A stretch of DNA of 64,000 nt, taken from contig JAHLTZ010000011.1 in the NCBI GenBank assembly GCA_025786725.1, positions 434,001-498,000 of the forward strand, read 5' to 3'. The translations under genes were made by a program, and so were the position numbers. The notes under the pieces were generated by a model that saw only the letters and a list, made by a program, of their open reading frames with translations, ran no database searches and was not told where the DNA came from. Of the stretch, positions 42,711-56,403 are shown piece after piece (positions within the stretch are counted from its first letter, which is position 1; every line of letters begins with the position of its first letter). The DNA comes from Syncephalis fuscata S228. Taxonomy: Eukaryota; Fungi; Zoopagomycota.

Positions 42711-44705
42711 TTATACTTTTGAAACTTTTGGCTTTGGCTCTTCTGGCTTAGGAACTTCTGGCTTAGGAACTTCTGTCTTTGGTTCCTCTTGCTTTGGCGT
42801 TTCAGAGCCTCCACATTCTGTTGGGAGTGAAAAGTCCTGGGTGACCTTCATAAAACCATCAGTAGCGGCCTTCGCACCTACACCACGCTTGGCAAAAGCA
42901 GCCCAGATTTCACACTTGTGCTTGCCACCGGTGATTTGCTGCTCAGCTTGGAGGATGGCGTCACGGGCAGAGATGAATGTTGGACGACATGGCTGTAACT
43001 TCATGCCATCGATGACCAATTTGGCAGCCAGAGTGTTACCTTTGGTGGTATCAACTGAGTACTTGTCTTCGCTGAATCCAAGCTTGTCGACCAAGTTCCA
43101 GTACATTTGGTATAGAATGTTTGCCCAGATTTCACCCATAGCGTGCACGGATCTCCAGCTGCCGGTGTAGACGAGGCCATAAGTGGTAGGATTGACCTTC
43201 ATGTCAGTGGAGTAGGAATATCTACGAATACCCTTAAGGTTAACGTAGTCACCCAGGCTAGTAACCTTGTCGTGAGTGTCGGTGGACTTTAGGCGCAGCC
43301 AAATACCAATGAAATCACCCCAGCCTTCGCCCATACCGCCGGACTCGCCATAGCCCAAACAGTTGGAGTTGTCAGGACCACCTGTTAGGCGAATGGAAAT
43401 ACCGTGGCTATACTCGTGAGCAATGATGTCGTTTTCAAAATCGCCATCACGCTGCGGATCTGTGATAGTCCATGTGTACATGCGCATACGTGGACGTTGA
43501 CCATCGGGTGGCGTGAAGAAGTTGGCATTGTTGTAGCCTGATGGATCCTGGGCATGAGCCAAGACGTGGTCGCCACCTTTACCACCCTTCTCGTAGTTGT
43601 CGTTCTGGAAATTACCAGCTGCTTCATCAAAACCGTATTGATAAAATACATCATGCATAATGTTGTTCATATAAAACAAATTGGTAACTGCAGCATCACG
43701 ATAGGTTGCTGGGTCCTTTGTCAAATCGACGGGGTAGTCAAAGTTAAGATCGGCGGAGACTGGCTGTGCAATATTAGTGTTGAGTTCACTGTTGGCCGGT
43801 ATAATCGCCTCTACGTTGTTGCCAAGCGTGGTGTTTGTTTGAGCACCGGTAAAGTCGTGCCAGCCTTTGGGAGAGGCTTTTGCGTTGGCCGGATTAGTCA
43901 ACACGGCGCGGCCATTGGTACCAATGTCGTTGTCCTCGAGCTTGACAACGTTGTATGAAGCATCGGAAATCCAGTCGACCAAGGAAATGACTTTTCCACC
44001 ATTAGCTGGCACGTGAGCATTGAAATAGTTCTCTCCAAGGTCAATAAAGAACTCCCAGGTGGCTTCTAAAGCACCTTCGCTTGTGTGGATGTACGATTGT
44101 TGGGCAACAACCTCGTCCTTAGCATAAGGAATACCAGTCAAAATGTACTGTGGTTTGCTACCACGTAGGCTGGCACGGGAAGAGACGGTGATCTTGGATG
44201 CATCGATGGGTCGACCAATGTGTTCGGCCAATGAAACAAAAGCCTTGTTTGGCTCGACGAAGCGTGGGGACGACTGGCCAGCCCATAGATTGCGCTTGGA
44301 AGCATCAGTGTTGTGGTAGAAGCTGTCGCCATAAGCGATAACTGTGCCCTTTGAGTCAACATTGACGGAAATGTCACCGTTGGCAACTTCGACACCTTGG
44401 AAAATTTGCTTGAGATAGACGTGCGTCACACCAGTTGATTTGGTGCTATAGGAGGTCTTGACGGCAAAATCGCCATTCTTGACCTTGAGATGCTGACGAG
44501 CAAAAGCCTTTGCAACATCCTCCGGCTTGCCATTGGAAGCAAAATTGCTGCCTTGTTGACGAAGGGCTGCGGAACGTGATGCTACTTCGTATTTTGGAAG
44601 AGGATCAGGACTGACTAGCTGGACTTTGACGCGTTCTGCCGTCGCGAGGCTTATGGCGTTGACCATAGCCAACACGGCTAAAGCAAGACGAGCGTTCATA
44701 ATCAT
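42711..44705 (-). CDS. Secreted fungalysin (M36) metalloprotease with FTP propeptide, intronless
   Basis: Signal peptide, FTP motif TGVTHVYLKQ...GVEVANG, ASPKGWH, YGFDEAAGNFQ, zinc motif HEYSHG, GGMGEGWGD and CEIWAAFAKRG. Confidence 0.96.
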   Translation of the reverse strand: MIMNARLALAVLAMVNAISLATAERVKVQLVSPDPLPKYEVASRSAALRQQGSNFASNGKPEDVAKAFARQHLKVKNGDFAVKTSYSTKSTGVTHVYLKQIFQGVEVANGDISVNVDSKGTVIAYGDSFYHNTDASKRNLWAGQSSPRFVEPNKAFVSLAEHIGRPIDASKITVSSRASLRGSKPQYILTGIPYAKDEVVAQQSYIHTSEGALEATWEFFIDLGENYFNAHVPANGGKVISLVDWISDASYNVVKLEDNDIGTNGRAVLTNPANAKASPKGWHDFTGAQTNTTLGNNVEAIIPANSELNTNIAQPVSADLNFDYPVDLTKDPATYRDAAVTNLFYMNNIMHDVFYQYGFDEAAGNFQNDNYEKGGKGGDHVLAHAQDPSGYNNANFFTPPDGQRPRMRMYTWTITDPQRDGDFENDIIAHEYSHGISIRLTGGPDNSNCLGYGESGGMGEGWGDFIGIWLRLKSTDTHDKVTSLGDYVNLKGIRRYSYSTDMKVNPTTYGLVYTGSWRSVHAMGEIWANILYQMYWNLVDKLGFSEDKYSVDTTKGNTLAAKLVIDGMKLQPCRPTFISARDAILQAEQQITGGKHKCEIWAAFAKRGVGAKAATDGFMKVTQDFSLPTECGGSETPKQEEPKTEVPKPEVPKPEEPKPKVSKV

Positions 44706-46669
44706 GTTAAAGCGTTAAATTTGAAAATTGGAGTCGTTAGTTAGATGGTTACGATAGCGAACGAAAAAAGACGATGGAAATACAAAGTAATGATATCGTT
44801 GAAGAAAATAGATAAATCGTAAAGATTGAAGCGTTAACGAGGTGTTAAAGTGATAATGTCGTGAGTAGCTGAAGATGTGGATGATTGAAGGTGTTAGGAG
44901 GTCGACTCGATAGATGATGATGATGTTGTTGTTGTGTTGTAGAAACGTCGCTTCTGTACATTAACATGCTGATTAAATATCTTTGCAAACGAGCAGCTCA
45001 TTGTCCAGTATACACAGCTAAATAATATGTGCTACGTTGTATACATCATTTGTGTTTCTAGAAATGGTCAATTCTGCAGGCCTATTGGTAATGATGCGTT
45101 ATTGGTATTGCCAGCTCGTGTGCTAGCTGTATTTTTTGGGATCGAACCTGTTTTTGCTACCATTAATTGACTGGCCGCCTTTCAACTACAAAAGTGGTCA
45201 CAAGTCTCAGCTCAAAAGGCCTATAAATCTTACTTGTAATACCATCCCAAGTAAAACGTGCCTAAACAAGCACACTATAGGCTTGTCACATGTTGATCAA
45301 GAATAGTGTGATATGGGGCAGCTAAGACGGCACGTTCTTTCCAAACAGCCGAAAAAAACGGTGCTAGTACTGGGTTCTTTGTCACGTCATATTGCTTATA
45401 CCAATTTACCAATACATTTGCTACAAATGTCTACGGAAATACACTTCTAGCGTGTCAATGTGTTGCTTATTGATTTTTTATGTTTATTGTAATACAAACA
45501 ATGACAATGGTGACCCGAATTAACTCAACAATACTTGAAACTCTTTATGTTAACAAGTATATTTAGCCGGATCCTACCCGTGATGTATACAGTAACTAGG
45601 CCGTGTATTGCGGATTTCCGATTTGAACAACCAGCAATGAAACTCGATTGCCATTGTATGGCTTGCACAGTATAGATTACACAGTTTGATTTTGAGACTG
45701 TAAGGATAGCTGTTTTCTAGATTCTTATGAAACGTGCAATAGCTATTAACCGCGAAAACAGGATAATTATTTCTAAAGGTGCTGACATCAAGGCGTATTT
45801 CATGTATTACAACGCCTTGTTCGATACTTCGCCTTTACTATTTACACATGCGTAACGATGTAAGATATACAACCACATACTATTAATAAAACAATTGTTA
45901 TATGATTGACGTTGCGAACGCATGAGCCTTGCAATCGTTTTACAATAATGATTTTCATAGAGACGAAGAACCAGCAAATATGCGTGTACAATTACAATAT
46001 AATGCAATACATGATTATGTTAATTATTTATTTATTAAGTAATTAGCCCGTACTTTCTATTAAAATAACAACGGCTTAAATTGTACTTTTATTTGTATAG
46101 TTATCACGCACGCTTAAGGCGTTACTAGTCACGCCATTACAGTGACTCATACAGTCGTTGGTCTAGTATTGACCTTAAGGTGCCTAATTGCATTCAACAC
46201 TGTGGTTTAGTCTTTACGATCGCTTTAGTTGATAAGTGAGCGTATAACTATGCAAATGTCAAGTAATAATGGCGCAATTTGGCACTGCTAATGATTGACT
46301 TGACATTCAAGACTTGTTAAGATAGTGACTGCATAAATCAATTATATTTGTTTTATCCATCCAATTTAGTACACAGTGAATAAATTTAGATCTCATCAAA
46401 GATGGCACGTTAATCGGCTGCATACATAAACTATTCAATATTTGATTGGCCACAATGAAGTCAGTGTGTTAAACTAAGGCCTTGCCAGCTGTATAAAGCA
46501 GTATTTATTGCCGAGGTCTAATAATGTAGTGATTATTTATTTGTAGAAATAAGTATAATCTATATTGTTGCACAACTATAAGCCAAAATATATGTTTTTA
46601 CTAAAGATATTAATGCATATTCATGTAAAACAGAGGTATAGTTACACTATACCGCCGAGCAAGCCAGAT

Positions 46670-47943
46670 TTAGACGAGTGCTGAAGGATTAGCATCGATA
46701 ACTTGCTGCAGTGTTGGTCGATATTTAGGATTTACAGTTAAAAGCTCAATAGCTGATATTCCAATGGCTTCAAACCCATCCCAGGCTGCATCGTCAATAG
46801 GCGGGACAGTGTCTTTACCTATATGGTCCTTATACAGGTTATTAGCTGTTTCTGATAATCTCGGCTCGGCATTTGATGCGTTTCTCTATCTATAGAAACG
46901 TAGCCGTAAAGCGGCATGCCCATGAAGCAGGTATAAGCCGTCATCCCTACTGCCCATGTATCGCGCTGAACAAGATTTGTATTACCAAAGACAATCGATT
47001 CCGGAGAGTCATAGCCGACCGTGCCACCAGGTGGTGCCATTAGCACGATGCTATTTGATGGCCTTTTGAGTTGTATAGGTAAGGCGAGTGCGTAATTGAC
47101 CAAGGTGATTTGTAATGTTCTATGTTTATCGATGTAAACACGTATATCTAATGAACACAATAAAAATAATTAACGGCTTTCCATTGGCTCTTTTAACGAC
47201 TTACTTTCAGGTTTAATATCATTATGCGTGACACCAGCGAAATGCAAGAATGCAACAGCTAATAACAAAGCAGTACGATTACTATTTGATATAGTATGGC
47301 CATAGCAGCTTGGTATATTTACCTCGAATTAGCTGGTAAAATACATTGCGCATAACACGATGTCGCTCATTTTGCTGTCTCTTTACAATATACTGGTATA
47401 GGTTCATAATGCCCTTTTCTGATACTATTGTGCAATGAAAGTCGTGCTTCCAGAACTCGTACTTTTTACGTGACACCCACTGGCTACCACTAGCCAAAGG
47501 ACTATCCAATTTCTTGGCTGCCTTTTCAATTCTCTATTTGTGATCAATGGATCAGAGTTTGGGCCACTATCTGGCTATAGTATACCCACTTGTAAAATGA
47601 ATTCATCAGCATTTCTGATTCTTTGATCTTTTGTGCACTTTAACACTATGCGATCATCATCATATTCACCAACTGCTATTTCGGTGGCTGTATCTTTTGA
47701 TATCCATTGTAAAATGGAGAGACCTGGCTGACCATAAGCATTCTTTCCAAGTGCTTGTAAGCTGTCGCTATTCGGCAATGGCGTCAGCCAATCCGTTAGC
47801 TTTTGCATCCAACTATTCTCTCCATGTAATGCAGAAGTTGAATAAGATCCACTACCTTGTTGACCGACCATAGCCAATACCATGGGCCGTCGATTCACTG
47901 TCAAGTAGCACAGTACTAGGCAAATAAAAGTCGCGGATTTCAT
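46670..47943 (-). CDS. Signal-peptide-bearing protein kinase-like protein (degenerate DFG), multi-exon
   Basis: N-terminal MKSATFICLVLCYLTV, IVLKC (VAIK-like), catalytic loop HNDIKPEN, NYA in place of DFG, GGTVGYDSPE, DTWAVG and LLTVNPKYRPT (the last after one frameshift near 46840). Confidence 0.8.
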
Positions 47944-49243
47944 TGTAAAGGATGCAATCTGATAACAATACTTTGGCTGACCTGAATATGCGTAATGAGA
48001 AAGGGCAGCAACTTTTTTGTTCAATTGGTTAGTATATCATGTGTAGAAACTTCTTTATTAATGTAGCCATGATTGAAAACAAAAAAACGTGAATGTTATT
48101 GCCTAATAAAACGTGCCAGCATAGGCGGTGATAACGTGCAACTATCAAGTGGCATTTCACAACTCCGCTATGGATTTCTAACAATGACGATAACAATACC
48201 GAACGTGTTGGTACAAAGCATCAAGCAACAATTGGCCACCTAGAAATGACTACTGGTCGACTTGTTCAACTATCTATCGACCTTGCATTGATGATTACAA
48301 CTATATTCATTTGATTGTTTTGAATTTACAAGGTAGCCTTGATCAGTATTAACTAATTTAATTATATTTATCTAAAGTAATCAGTAGACTGGTAATAAAG
48401 TTTATCATTTATTCTTGAACATAAAATTACTTGTAGGTATTTCAGCAAATTATTTAACTTTAAAATGTTAGTTTTATTTAATAGACTGAAAATTATATTT
48501 TATTGTTATTATTTAGTCTATTTAAAAATAAAGAATTTAGGCAATAATAATTTAGTATACTAATATTGTGCTATATTTTTTCATTAATCTGTATTTATAG
48601 CCATTGCCAACATTGTTTATATATACTTATAAAACATTAGGCTATTTGTTATTCCATTTACTTGTTTCCGTAATTGTTCCAAAAATACCAGCTAATAATC
48701 AAATAATGTATATACATTGACATCAACACTTAAGCATGCTACTGGCTATTTAAGTAAATAGTAATAATGTTATTTCAAACAATAGCAATCGCTGAATAAA
48801 CGTGTGGCTGATAAGCATAAAAGGCATATGAGCAAAACGATAAGGCATTTCACTAACGCAGATAAGACATAAAGCAACAACGATAACTATCATGCGCTAA
48901 CCAGCATCAATATATACATATATATATATATGTATATTAATTGATCATTTGTATGTATACGTGTGTATGTGTGCTCCAAAGATGATAGAATTGAATTTAA
49001 ACAAATAAAAAAGAAAAGCAATAATAAAGCACGTATGCCGAACCATCATCATTCTGATCATTGGTGCCGTTGAACGTCATTATCCGACGTCAATTTACTC
49101 GAGCAATTCGCTGTTGTTGTTATAAAGTAAATAAATGACAGTAATAGCAATAGACATAATAGAGGCTGTTTGGAAGTAGGAGAAAGAAGAAAAACTGAAG
49201 AAGACGACAAAAGACAAAAAAATGCTAACAATAATTAAGATGC

Positions 49244-52214
49244 TTAACTAACAAAAAAGTTTAGCACCACATTAGCATTGGTCGATTCGCGACTTTCAAA
49301 CGACGTTTGCACATCCTCGTCGTTCTTAATGGTCACTCGATCGCCATCTTCGTCGAAATACTGTACTTTAAGCGTTTCCGTTCCCTCTGGTACTTCACCG
49401 CCGCAAATTCGAATCTTCTTTTCGAATTTCGATAAAAGTTCACGATAGGTAATGTTATTTGGCACAAAAATAACATGTACACCATCCAAGTAGTTCACCT
49501 TGATCTTAACTTGGTCGACAGCAACGTAGTTGGGACTGGCACGCATGGCACTGACTGGAGCAGTGGCCGAACGGACACTAGGCGAATAACGCTGGCCATT
49601 CTTCATAGGCGGCGTACCGTGTTGTGGCATCACGGGACGATCCGCCGACACTGGAATTCGACCATTGGCATATAGATTCGGACTTGTTCTACGACGTGGC
49701 GACGGTATAGGTCCATCCATGCGCTGGCCATTAGGATGTTGTGGAATAGGATGTGGCGACAGTGCATTGGATGCCGATGGATGCCGTTGCACATTGGGTG
49801 GCGGATAATTAGGCGCTCCTTGACGGCTTGGCAAACGATTTTGTGAGCCGTGCCAGTCAGGTGTTTGGCGTACTCGCTCAATCGGACTATGCTCCTGATC
49901 GGACATATCACTATTGCTACCAGGCATAGTGGGTATAGGTTGCTGGTTATAGTCGTGTGGACCTCTACGGCTTGGTACAGGCATGGATTGATGGCCATTT
50001 TGACGATAGTTTTGGGTATGGGCCCGAGTTGGTGTCAATGGTCCATTCATACTAAGTGTGCCGGTGCGTCGGCCGCTTTCCCAGTTACCAGATCGGCCGC
50101 CATCCCGATCCTCTTCGCCCTCTTCTTCTTCGTCATCACTGGTGGCAATGAACGACATGGCATCGTCATCAACGGTCTTCTTTCGTCCACCACCATAATA
50201 AGCATTATGGGCCGACAATTGTTCACCGCTGATCCCTCCAGGGGCAGAGCGCATACGTGAAGTATTGGCGGGTGGTGGTGGTGGTGGTCGTTGAAGGTTA
50301 GTTGTTTCAACAGATGGGCGTCGCTCCTCAACAACCGGCTCAGCCGGTTCATTAATAAGACGTTCAAGTGTTGTGTACCACATGCGCAATTGTTCGTCAT
50401 TTCGGCAGCGTAGTGAGAAATTTCCCATTTGTGCATCACGCCATAGCACTTTAAGAGCGTAAATGCCATTGCGCGAGTAGTTAACCACGCCTGTAATACT
50501 TGAAATAAAGATCCGTCCCTTTAATTGTAGAGCTGAAATCTTTTTTTTGCTTTTCTTGGCGGGTATTTCCTTGCAACAAATCATAATATTTTCAAACAAA
50601 TATACCATCAGCTCTTTCTCTACTTCATTACTCGACATGACAAATTTGTCGTGCAATAATAATTCGCCAAAGGACTGGGCCGAATAGTCTTGCCAGCCTT
50701 TGACACGTTTTTCCAAATCCTTTACAAGTAGCTGATTTTCGACATTACGTCTCGTTTCGTTGACACGATCGGCTACACGTTTAATAGAGGCAAGACCTTC
50801 CTGGGTCTGTGTGTAATTGGCCATTTCTTTATCTGAGCTTTTAATTAGTTCCTATTAATAAACAATTATTATTTGTTAGTAACTCGATTTCAATAACAGA
50901 TGTCGATGGTTCTCACCTGTAATAATAATGGATATTTGCAAATACGTTGAATTGGTTTAATAAGGTAAGATAAAAGTTGACGTTGTGGCTCCATAATTTG
51001 AGCATAACGCTATTATAATTGTTATTGTTTTTATTATTATTACAAATTTATTGTGTTAAATATACTACATTTATGGCTTTTCATAAACTTACTGTTAATA
51101 TAACGACTTGTTCTTCTACAATGTTTGAAGCGCGTTCATAATTAGCACAAAATGGCTCATAAACGGCAAAGCTTTCCTCCTAATAAAATTGGCATTATTA
51201 TAGCATATTAAACATTTGATATATTATTTATAAGCAATTCGGCCTTACCATTTGTAGGAAAAGATCGCCAAAGTTCTGGTTTTCAGGTGTTTGTATAGCA
51301 TTGGCTTCAACACCAATCAAAAACTTTCGCTGAAAGTCTACGAGCTCGTTTAGATTGGCAAACAAATATAACATATTGTCTGGAGATAATTTTCCATCGC
51401 GTTGTACTTCTCGATGATAGTTCTATAGCAATGTGTTAGTACAGCTACTTGCTAATATATTATCGTTATTTACCTGTAACATTTCTAAATCACGAATATA
51501 AGATCTTTCTGTTTCTAATAGCTCACGAACCACCTTTGCACGATTATCTTTTGGCGCTGCCGAACCACTAAGGTCTGAAAATCGATGTGGCTGTGGATTT
51601 GACGTGTCTACTAATCCTTCACGCTCTAGGTAATCCAGCACTAATGAAACAGTCCTCAAAACCTATTATAGTTTAAATTAGCCTTTGTTATTAATGCATT
51701 TATTGACATTTACTCATATGGATGCCAATAATTATTTAATATACAAAATGGCTTACCTTTACAAATCCATTTGTATCTTGCTGATACAATTCTGAAATAG
51801 CAAAGACATCTTCTGGTCGAATACCAAAATCATTTTTGCATGCAACTAGAAAATGAAATACGCTTTTCTTGCAAAGATTGAGACTGGCCATACAATTACC
51901 GGTATTGATCGGAACCTTATTTTGAGGACGACCAATATTAACCAGTTCACATAAAGCATTGCCTATGCGGAATATACTCCATAGTGTGGTAACTGGATCC
52001 ATACTGGGATATCCGAGTCTGCAATCATCGTCATGTATTCCGGGTCAAGATAGTAGTCAAAGCCGGGAATACAAGAAAGCCGATCGATGATACTGACAGA
52101 GGTTTGGAAAAAAGACGCCGACGACGTGGGTGCCTGCATAGGAGGTGGCGGAGCTGCTATTTCTATTTGAGATGCTCCATTGGAGCCAGTACGGCGTCTT
52201 GCGCTTATGCTCAT
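49244..52214 (-). CDS. CDC24: Rho/Cdc42 GEF Cdc24/Scd1 (CH-DH-PH-PB1)
   Basis: CH domain DPVTTLWSIFRIGNALC, DH domain VVRELLETERSY and LIKPIQRICKYPLLL, PH domain FGELLLHDKF, and PB1 domain KVQYFDEDGDRVTI. One apparent frameshift lies near 52000. Confidence 0.95.
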
Positions 52215-53339
52215 CGTAAAGGTATCTTTAGACCAATGATGAAAGGTGGAATGGTATAATAGTAGTTGTAGTTGCTGTAGTTGTAGTGTTCGAAGTAGTA
52301 AAGGTAGTAGAGCTACTAGTAGAACTAGTAATAACGGCGATAGTTGAGGCAGATGAGTAAGGTACTACAATTTAGAGACCCAATATATGGTAGTAATACG
52401 CGGTATGGTTAATCAAAGTAAAGATGTAATCATACACAAGCACTAGCACTAAAGTGTCGGCAAAATGTGTTCTATGCGCAAATGTGTAGATATCGTTGGT
52501 TAGTAAGCCATATGTGTACCACAAATGATAGTGGCAAGTCAAGCAAGGAAGCGTAGTGATGTGAAGGTGTGTAGTAAAGATAGAGGCTACGTCTTTATAA
52601 AAAGTGTCGGTTCAAGCACGTATTTTAAGAATAAAGAGCAAGTAAAAGATAGAAAAGACGAGTAGATAGGAATATAATATGAATAATGACACTGCCAGTT
52701 ATACAGCCGTAATAACAACAATAACAGCGGAGAAAATAGCAAGTGGGGAATAATGCGGTTCAAACGATGTATCGTTTGTGGTCGCAGCTAGTAACAATAT
52801 TACTTGGCTAGTACAGATGTATTAATTTAGGCAGGTCGGAGTTATTAAACAAGTATATCGCTAATACAATATATAACGTGGGAGTCGATATATGAAATAA
52901 AGCAAATAAGCGAGAAAGAGAAAGTAAATAGTGTTAAATGAAACTAGTAACAGTAATAACAGCAATAACCACTATCACAACAACAACAACGCTAACACCG
53001 TACAAGTCGTAATATCAATATCAATAATAACAATAGCCAGAGTGGCAATAGCGTTGACCAACAGTTACGCGCGCACGTGTATTCAACTAAACAAGTCTAC
53101 AGATGCCCACGCTGGCCACACGTACTTGCCACACACCCACCCACACTTGAACGTATATACCGCGCACAGATACGTACCTGTATGTAATGAAGGGCGCCAA
53201 TCACAGATGACACCAACCAGAGACAGACGAAACAACTATGAGTAACGTCGTATCAAACTAGATCAAACAAAGATAATATAAGCAGTAATAACCACAGCAG
53301 AATAGCAATAATAAATGGTAGGACGGAGAAAATAGTTGT

Positions 53340-53362
53340 GTAGTAGTAGTAGTAGTAGTAGT
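53340..53362. repeat. (TAG)n microsatellite
   Basis: gtagtagtagtagtagtagtagt read directly. Confidence 0.85.
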
Positions 53363-54566
53363 TTGAGATAATTGAAAGAGAAAGCGGACAACGAACAAAA
53401 GATCGATACGCCGCCATCATTCATACACTCATTTAATTCAATTCAATTTAATTCATCTATTCACACACACACACACACATATACACTCATACAAAGTCAT
53501 CAATTAACATGTGGCAATTATTTGTGGGTGTGTGTGTTAAATTGTATCATCAATTCATACAATTATTATTAAGGAATACATTTGTAGCCATACACCATTT
53601 CACACCACACACACATCTATACACACCTAATAAGAAAAAAAAGACTATTGAGGAGAAGGAGAGGAGAACGAGGAGAAGAAAGCAGTGAAGGGGTATTGCA
53701 AATAACCGCCATGACACTAGTAAGAAACAAAAAGGAGATAGTAATAGGCTAGTCATAAAAACATAAAGATAAGAAATAGTACAACGTTTCATGTAATTAA
53801 AAAAAGCCTTCCAATTGCCCAAGGCAGTGTAAGCGTCGAAATACGGGCCATTAATGTACGGACCCAATGCTTTAAAATGCAATTAATAAAAGGAAAACAC
53901 TACTTTGTTAATAATAGCCATAACAATAAGAAGCATTATAGATGCATCATATTAATATAGCATATTAATCAATAATGTACATTTAAATAATAATGTTCAT
54001 TGCATTATTAGTAAAATAGATAGAATAGATTACTTTTAATTATCATACGCATGAATACGAATAAATACTAGTAGCTTACCGTTGGTTATAACTACACGTC
54101 AACTACAATATGGATAAAAGAATGGCGTATAGAAAGAAAAAGAAACATGTGGTCGATCCTTTTCTTTGGCCTACAAGTGACCGACCACATGACATTATCG
54201 CCATTGCTGTGTTGTGACCATGTTTGTATTATTGCTGGTGTTATGATCATGGATATTGGTAGAAATATCGAGTTGACATGTGCTTAATTGACTTTTATAT
54301 CAAAAATGGAAACGGCATGATCCAACTATGGCTTGGTTCATGGTATCGACATATAAGTATAATAGGCATTACTGCGTAAAGCGTATTATGAATAGCAATA
54401 AAAATATGCACTAATCTATACATATATATTATGTAACGTCGTTAATACTTCGATGTTTTATTTTCGATAAATGGATAAGAATAAGAGTGAAAGCTTATAA
54501 AGTGATCGAAACATTGTCACAATATTCATTTAATTGAATGTGTTAATTGAAGAAGGTAAACTCAAT

Positions 54567-56403
54567 TTACAATTCATCACGCTCAGATTCTACAATATTA
54601 GTTTTCATTATTAGTATGTAAATAGTATTAATTAGTAGATCTGACATACCTTCAGATTCCTTTGTTTCTTCCTTGGTCTTTTCCTCCTTCTTGGACTCTC
54701 CAGTCTTCTTGGACTCTTTAGTCTTCTTGGAGTCAGTCTTCTTTTCCTCCTCCTTAGATTCTGCCTCTTCTGATGAAGATTCTTCAGTCTTGTCTGCTAG
54801 TTCAATCTTGTGGCTATAAATAATACATTTGAATTAGATCTATAAACTATTGGTTGATTCAATACAACTTACTGGCCATTCTTTTGGATAAATTCAATAA
54901 ACGACTCTTCTGTACGATCACCTTCGTATTCGACCACCTCGTTGGTCTCGGCCTTAACGATCTTAATAGTTGGGAAGCCTTCAACGGTGAATCCGGCCGA
55001 TGGAGGAATATCATTGGCAGTAGCATCCATCTTAACAATAGTGATCTTGTCGCTGTAATCCTTGTATTTGGCGGCCAACTTGTCGTAGATGGGTGCTATT
55101 AACATTATAGTATAATAAACACATCAATGTATTAATACACTAAATACACTAAATACTTGACATTACTACCAATAACTTACCCAACTTCTTGCAGTGACCG
55201 CACCATGGAGCATAGAACTCAATAAGTACATCCTTGGTCTTGTCCATAACCAAAGCGTCAAAGTTATCGGCAACAACAACCTTGACATCTTCATCGTTCT
55301 TCTCTGGAATTGGCTCAGATTTAATGCTTGGTTTCAATTTGCCATCGACGTAGGATTGGACAAATTCTTGAATGTTGTCACCGGTAATTTCCTTATCTTG
55401 GTCGAATGGATATTTAAGCTGGCTTGTTGGCTCTTGAATGGCAAATGCTGGCCATTCCTGCTTAAGGTTCAAGGTGGAGGCGTGCTCACCGAATTGGCCT
55501 GCATCGATAAATACAAAGTTAACCTTGCCCTTAAAGTCCTTGGCCACTGGACGAAGTGCGCCACCGAACTTCTCGCGCTCTTCATCGTTGGTAACAAACA
55601 AGTAGGCCAATGGCTTGCCAGATTCAATGTAGCCCATAAAGTTTTCTGGACCAAGTTCGTTCAACAATGGAAGTGAATTGGCCTTGACAAATGATTCCAA
55701 TTCCTCTTCGTTGAATTTCTTTCCTTCGTAATTAACACGGCCATCGTCGAACTTTTGGAACACAGTTACGGCTGGTGCCTTCTTAATGTCAACCTTCTTG
55801 GCAACCTTCTTATCAAAAGTGGCGCCAAATACAAAGGAGTCGCGTAGACCAGCTGCGACCGTCTTGAAGTTTTATATTCATCGGCGTCTTCTGAGGCAAA
55901 GTGGCCAATGATCACCACCTTGTCAGAGTCCTTGAATTCTTCAATGTCATCGGCCTTAAGGATGGAGACTTCTGGCAAGAGCTGCTTCTTCATGTAGCCG
56001 ACAAAGTCTTTCGCTTCGCGTCCGCCGCGGTAATCGTTGGTACCGCTTTCACGGAACACCTTAAGTGTTGGATAGCCTTGGACACCATGTTCCTGGCACA
56101 GATCTGTCTCGGCCGTACAATCAACTTCAGCAAACGGATCTTGGTGTCCTTGAGTTCAGTTGCAGCAGTAATAAACTCTGGAGCCATATTTTTGCAGTGT
56201 TGGCACCATGGTGCATAGAATTTAACCAAGGTGACGGCACCATCTTCCTTAATAGCATCGGTAAAGTTGTCTTTACCAAGAACTTGGACGAGGTTGTCTG
56301 CCTCAGTCACTTCCTCGGTGCTAGCCTTCTTGGCTAGTACATTGTCTGGAATGAGAGCAGCAAGTGCAACAAGTGCAAGAAAAGCGGAAGGAGTGAAGCG
56401 CAT
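54567..56403 (-). CDS. PDI1: Protein disulfide isomerase PDI1 (a-b-b'-a', ER retention signal RDEL)
   Basis: Signal peptide, FYAPWCQHCK and FYAPWCGHCK active sites, KMDATANDIP, acidic/Lys tail, and a last exon ending ESERDEL*. Frameshifts near 56135 and 55870 are likely errors. Confidence 0.95.

Noticed and set aside
45138-45150. tRNA B-box-like GGTTCGATCCC on the minus strand
   Set aside because: No cloverleaf stems or A-box could be built around it.
54590-54649. Last PDI1 intron is 60 nt and stop-free in frame (retention would keep RDEL)
   Set aside because: Stop-free 3n introns of this size arise by chance, and the sequence gives no evidence of retention.
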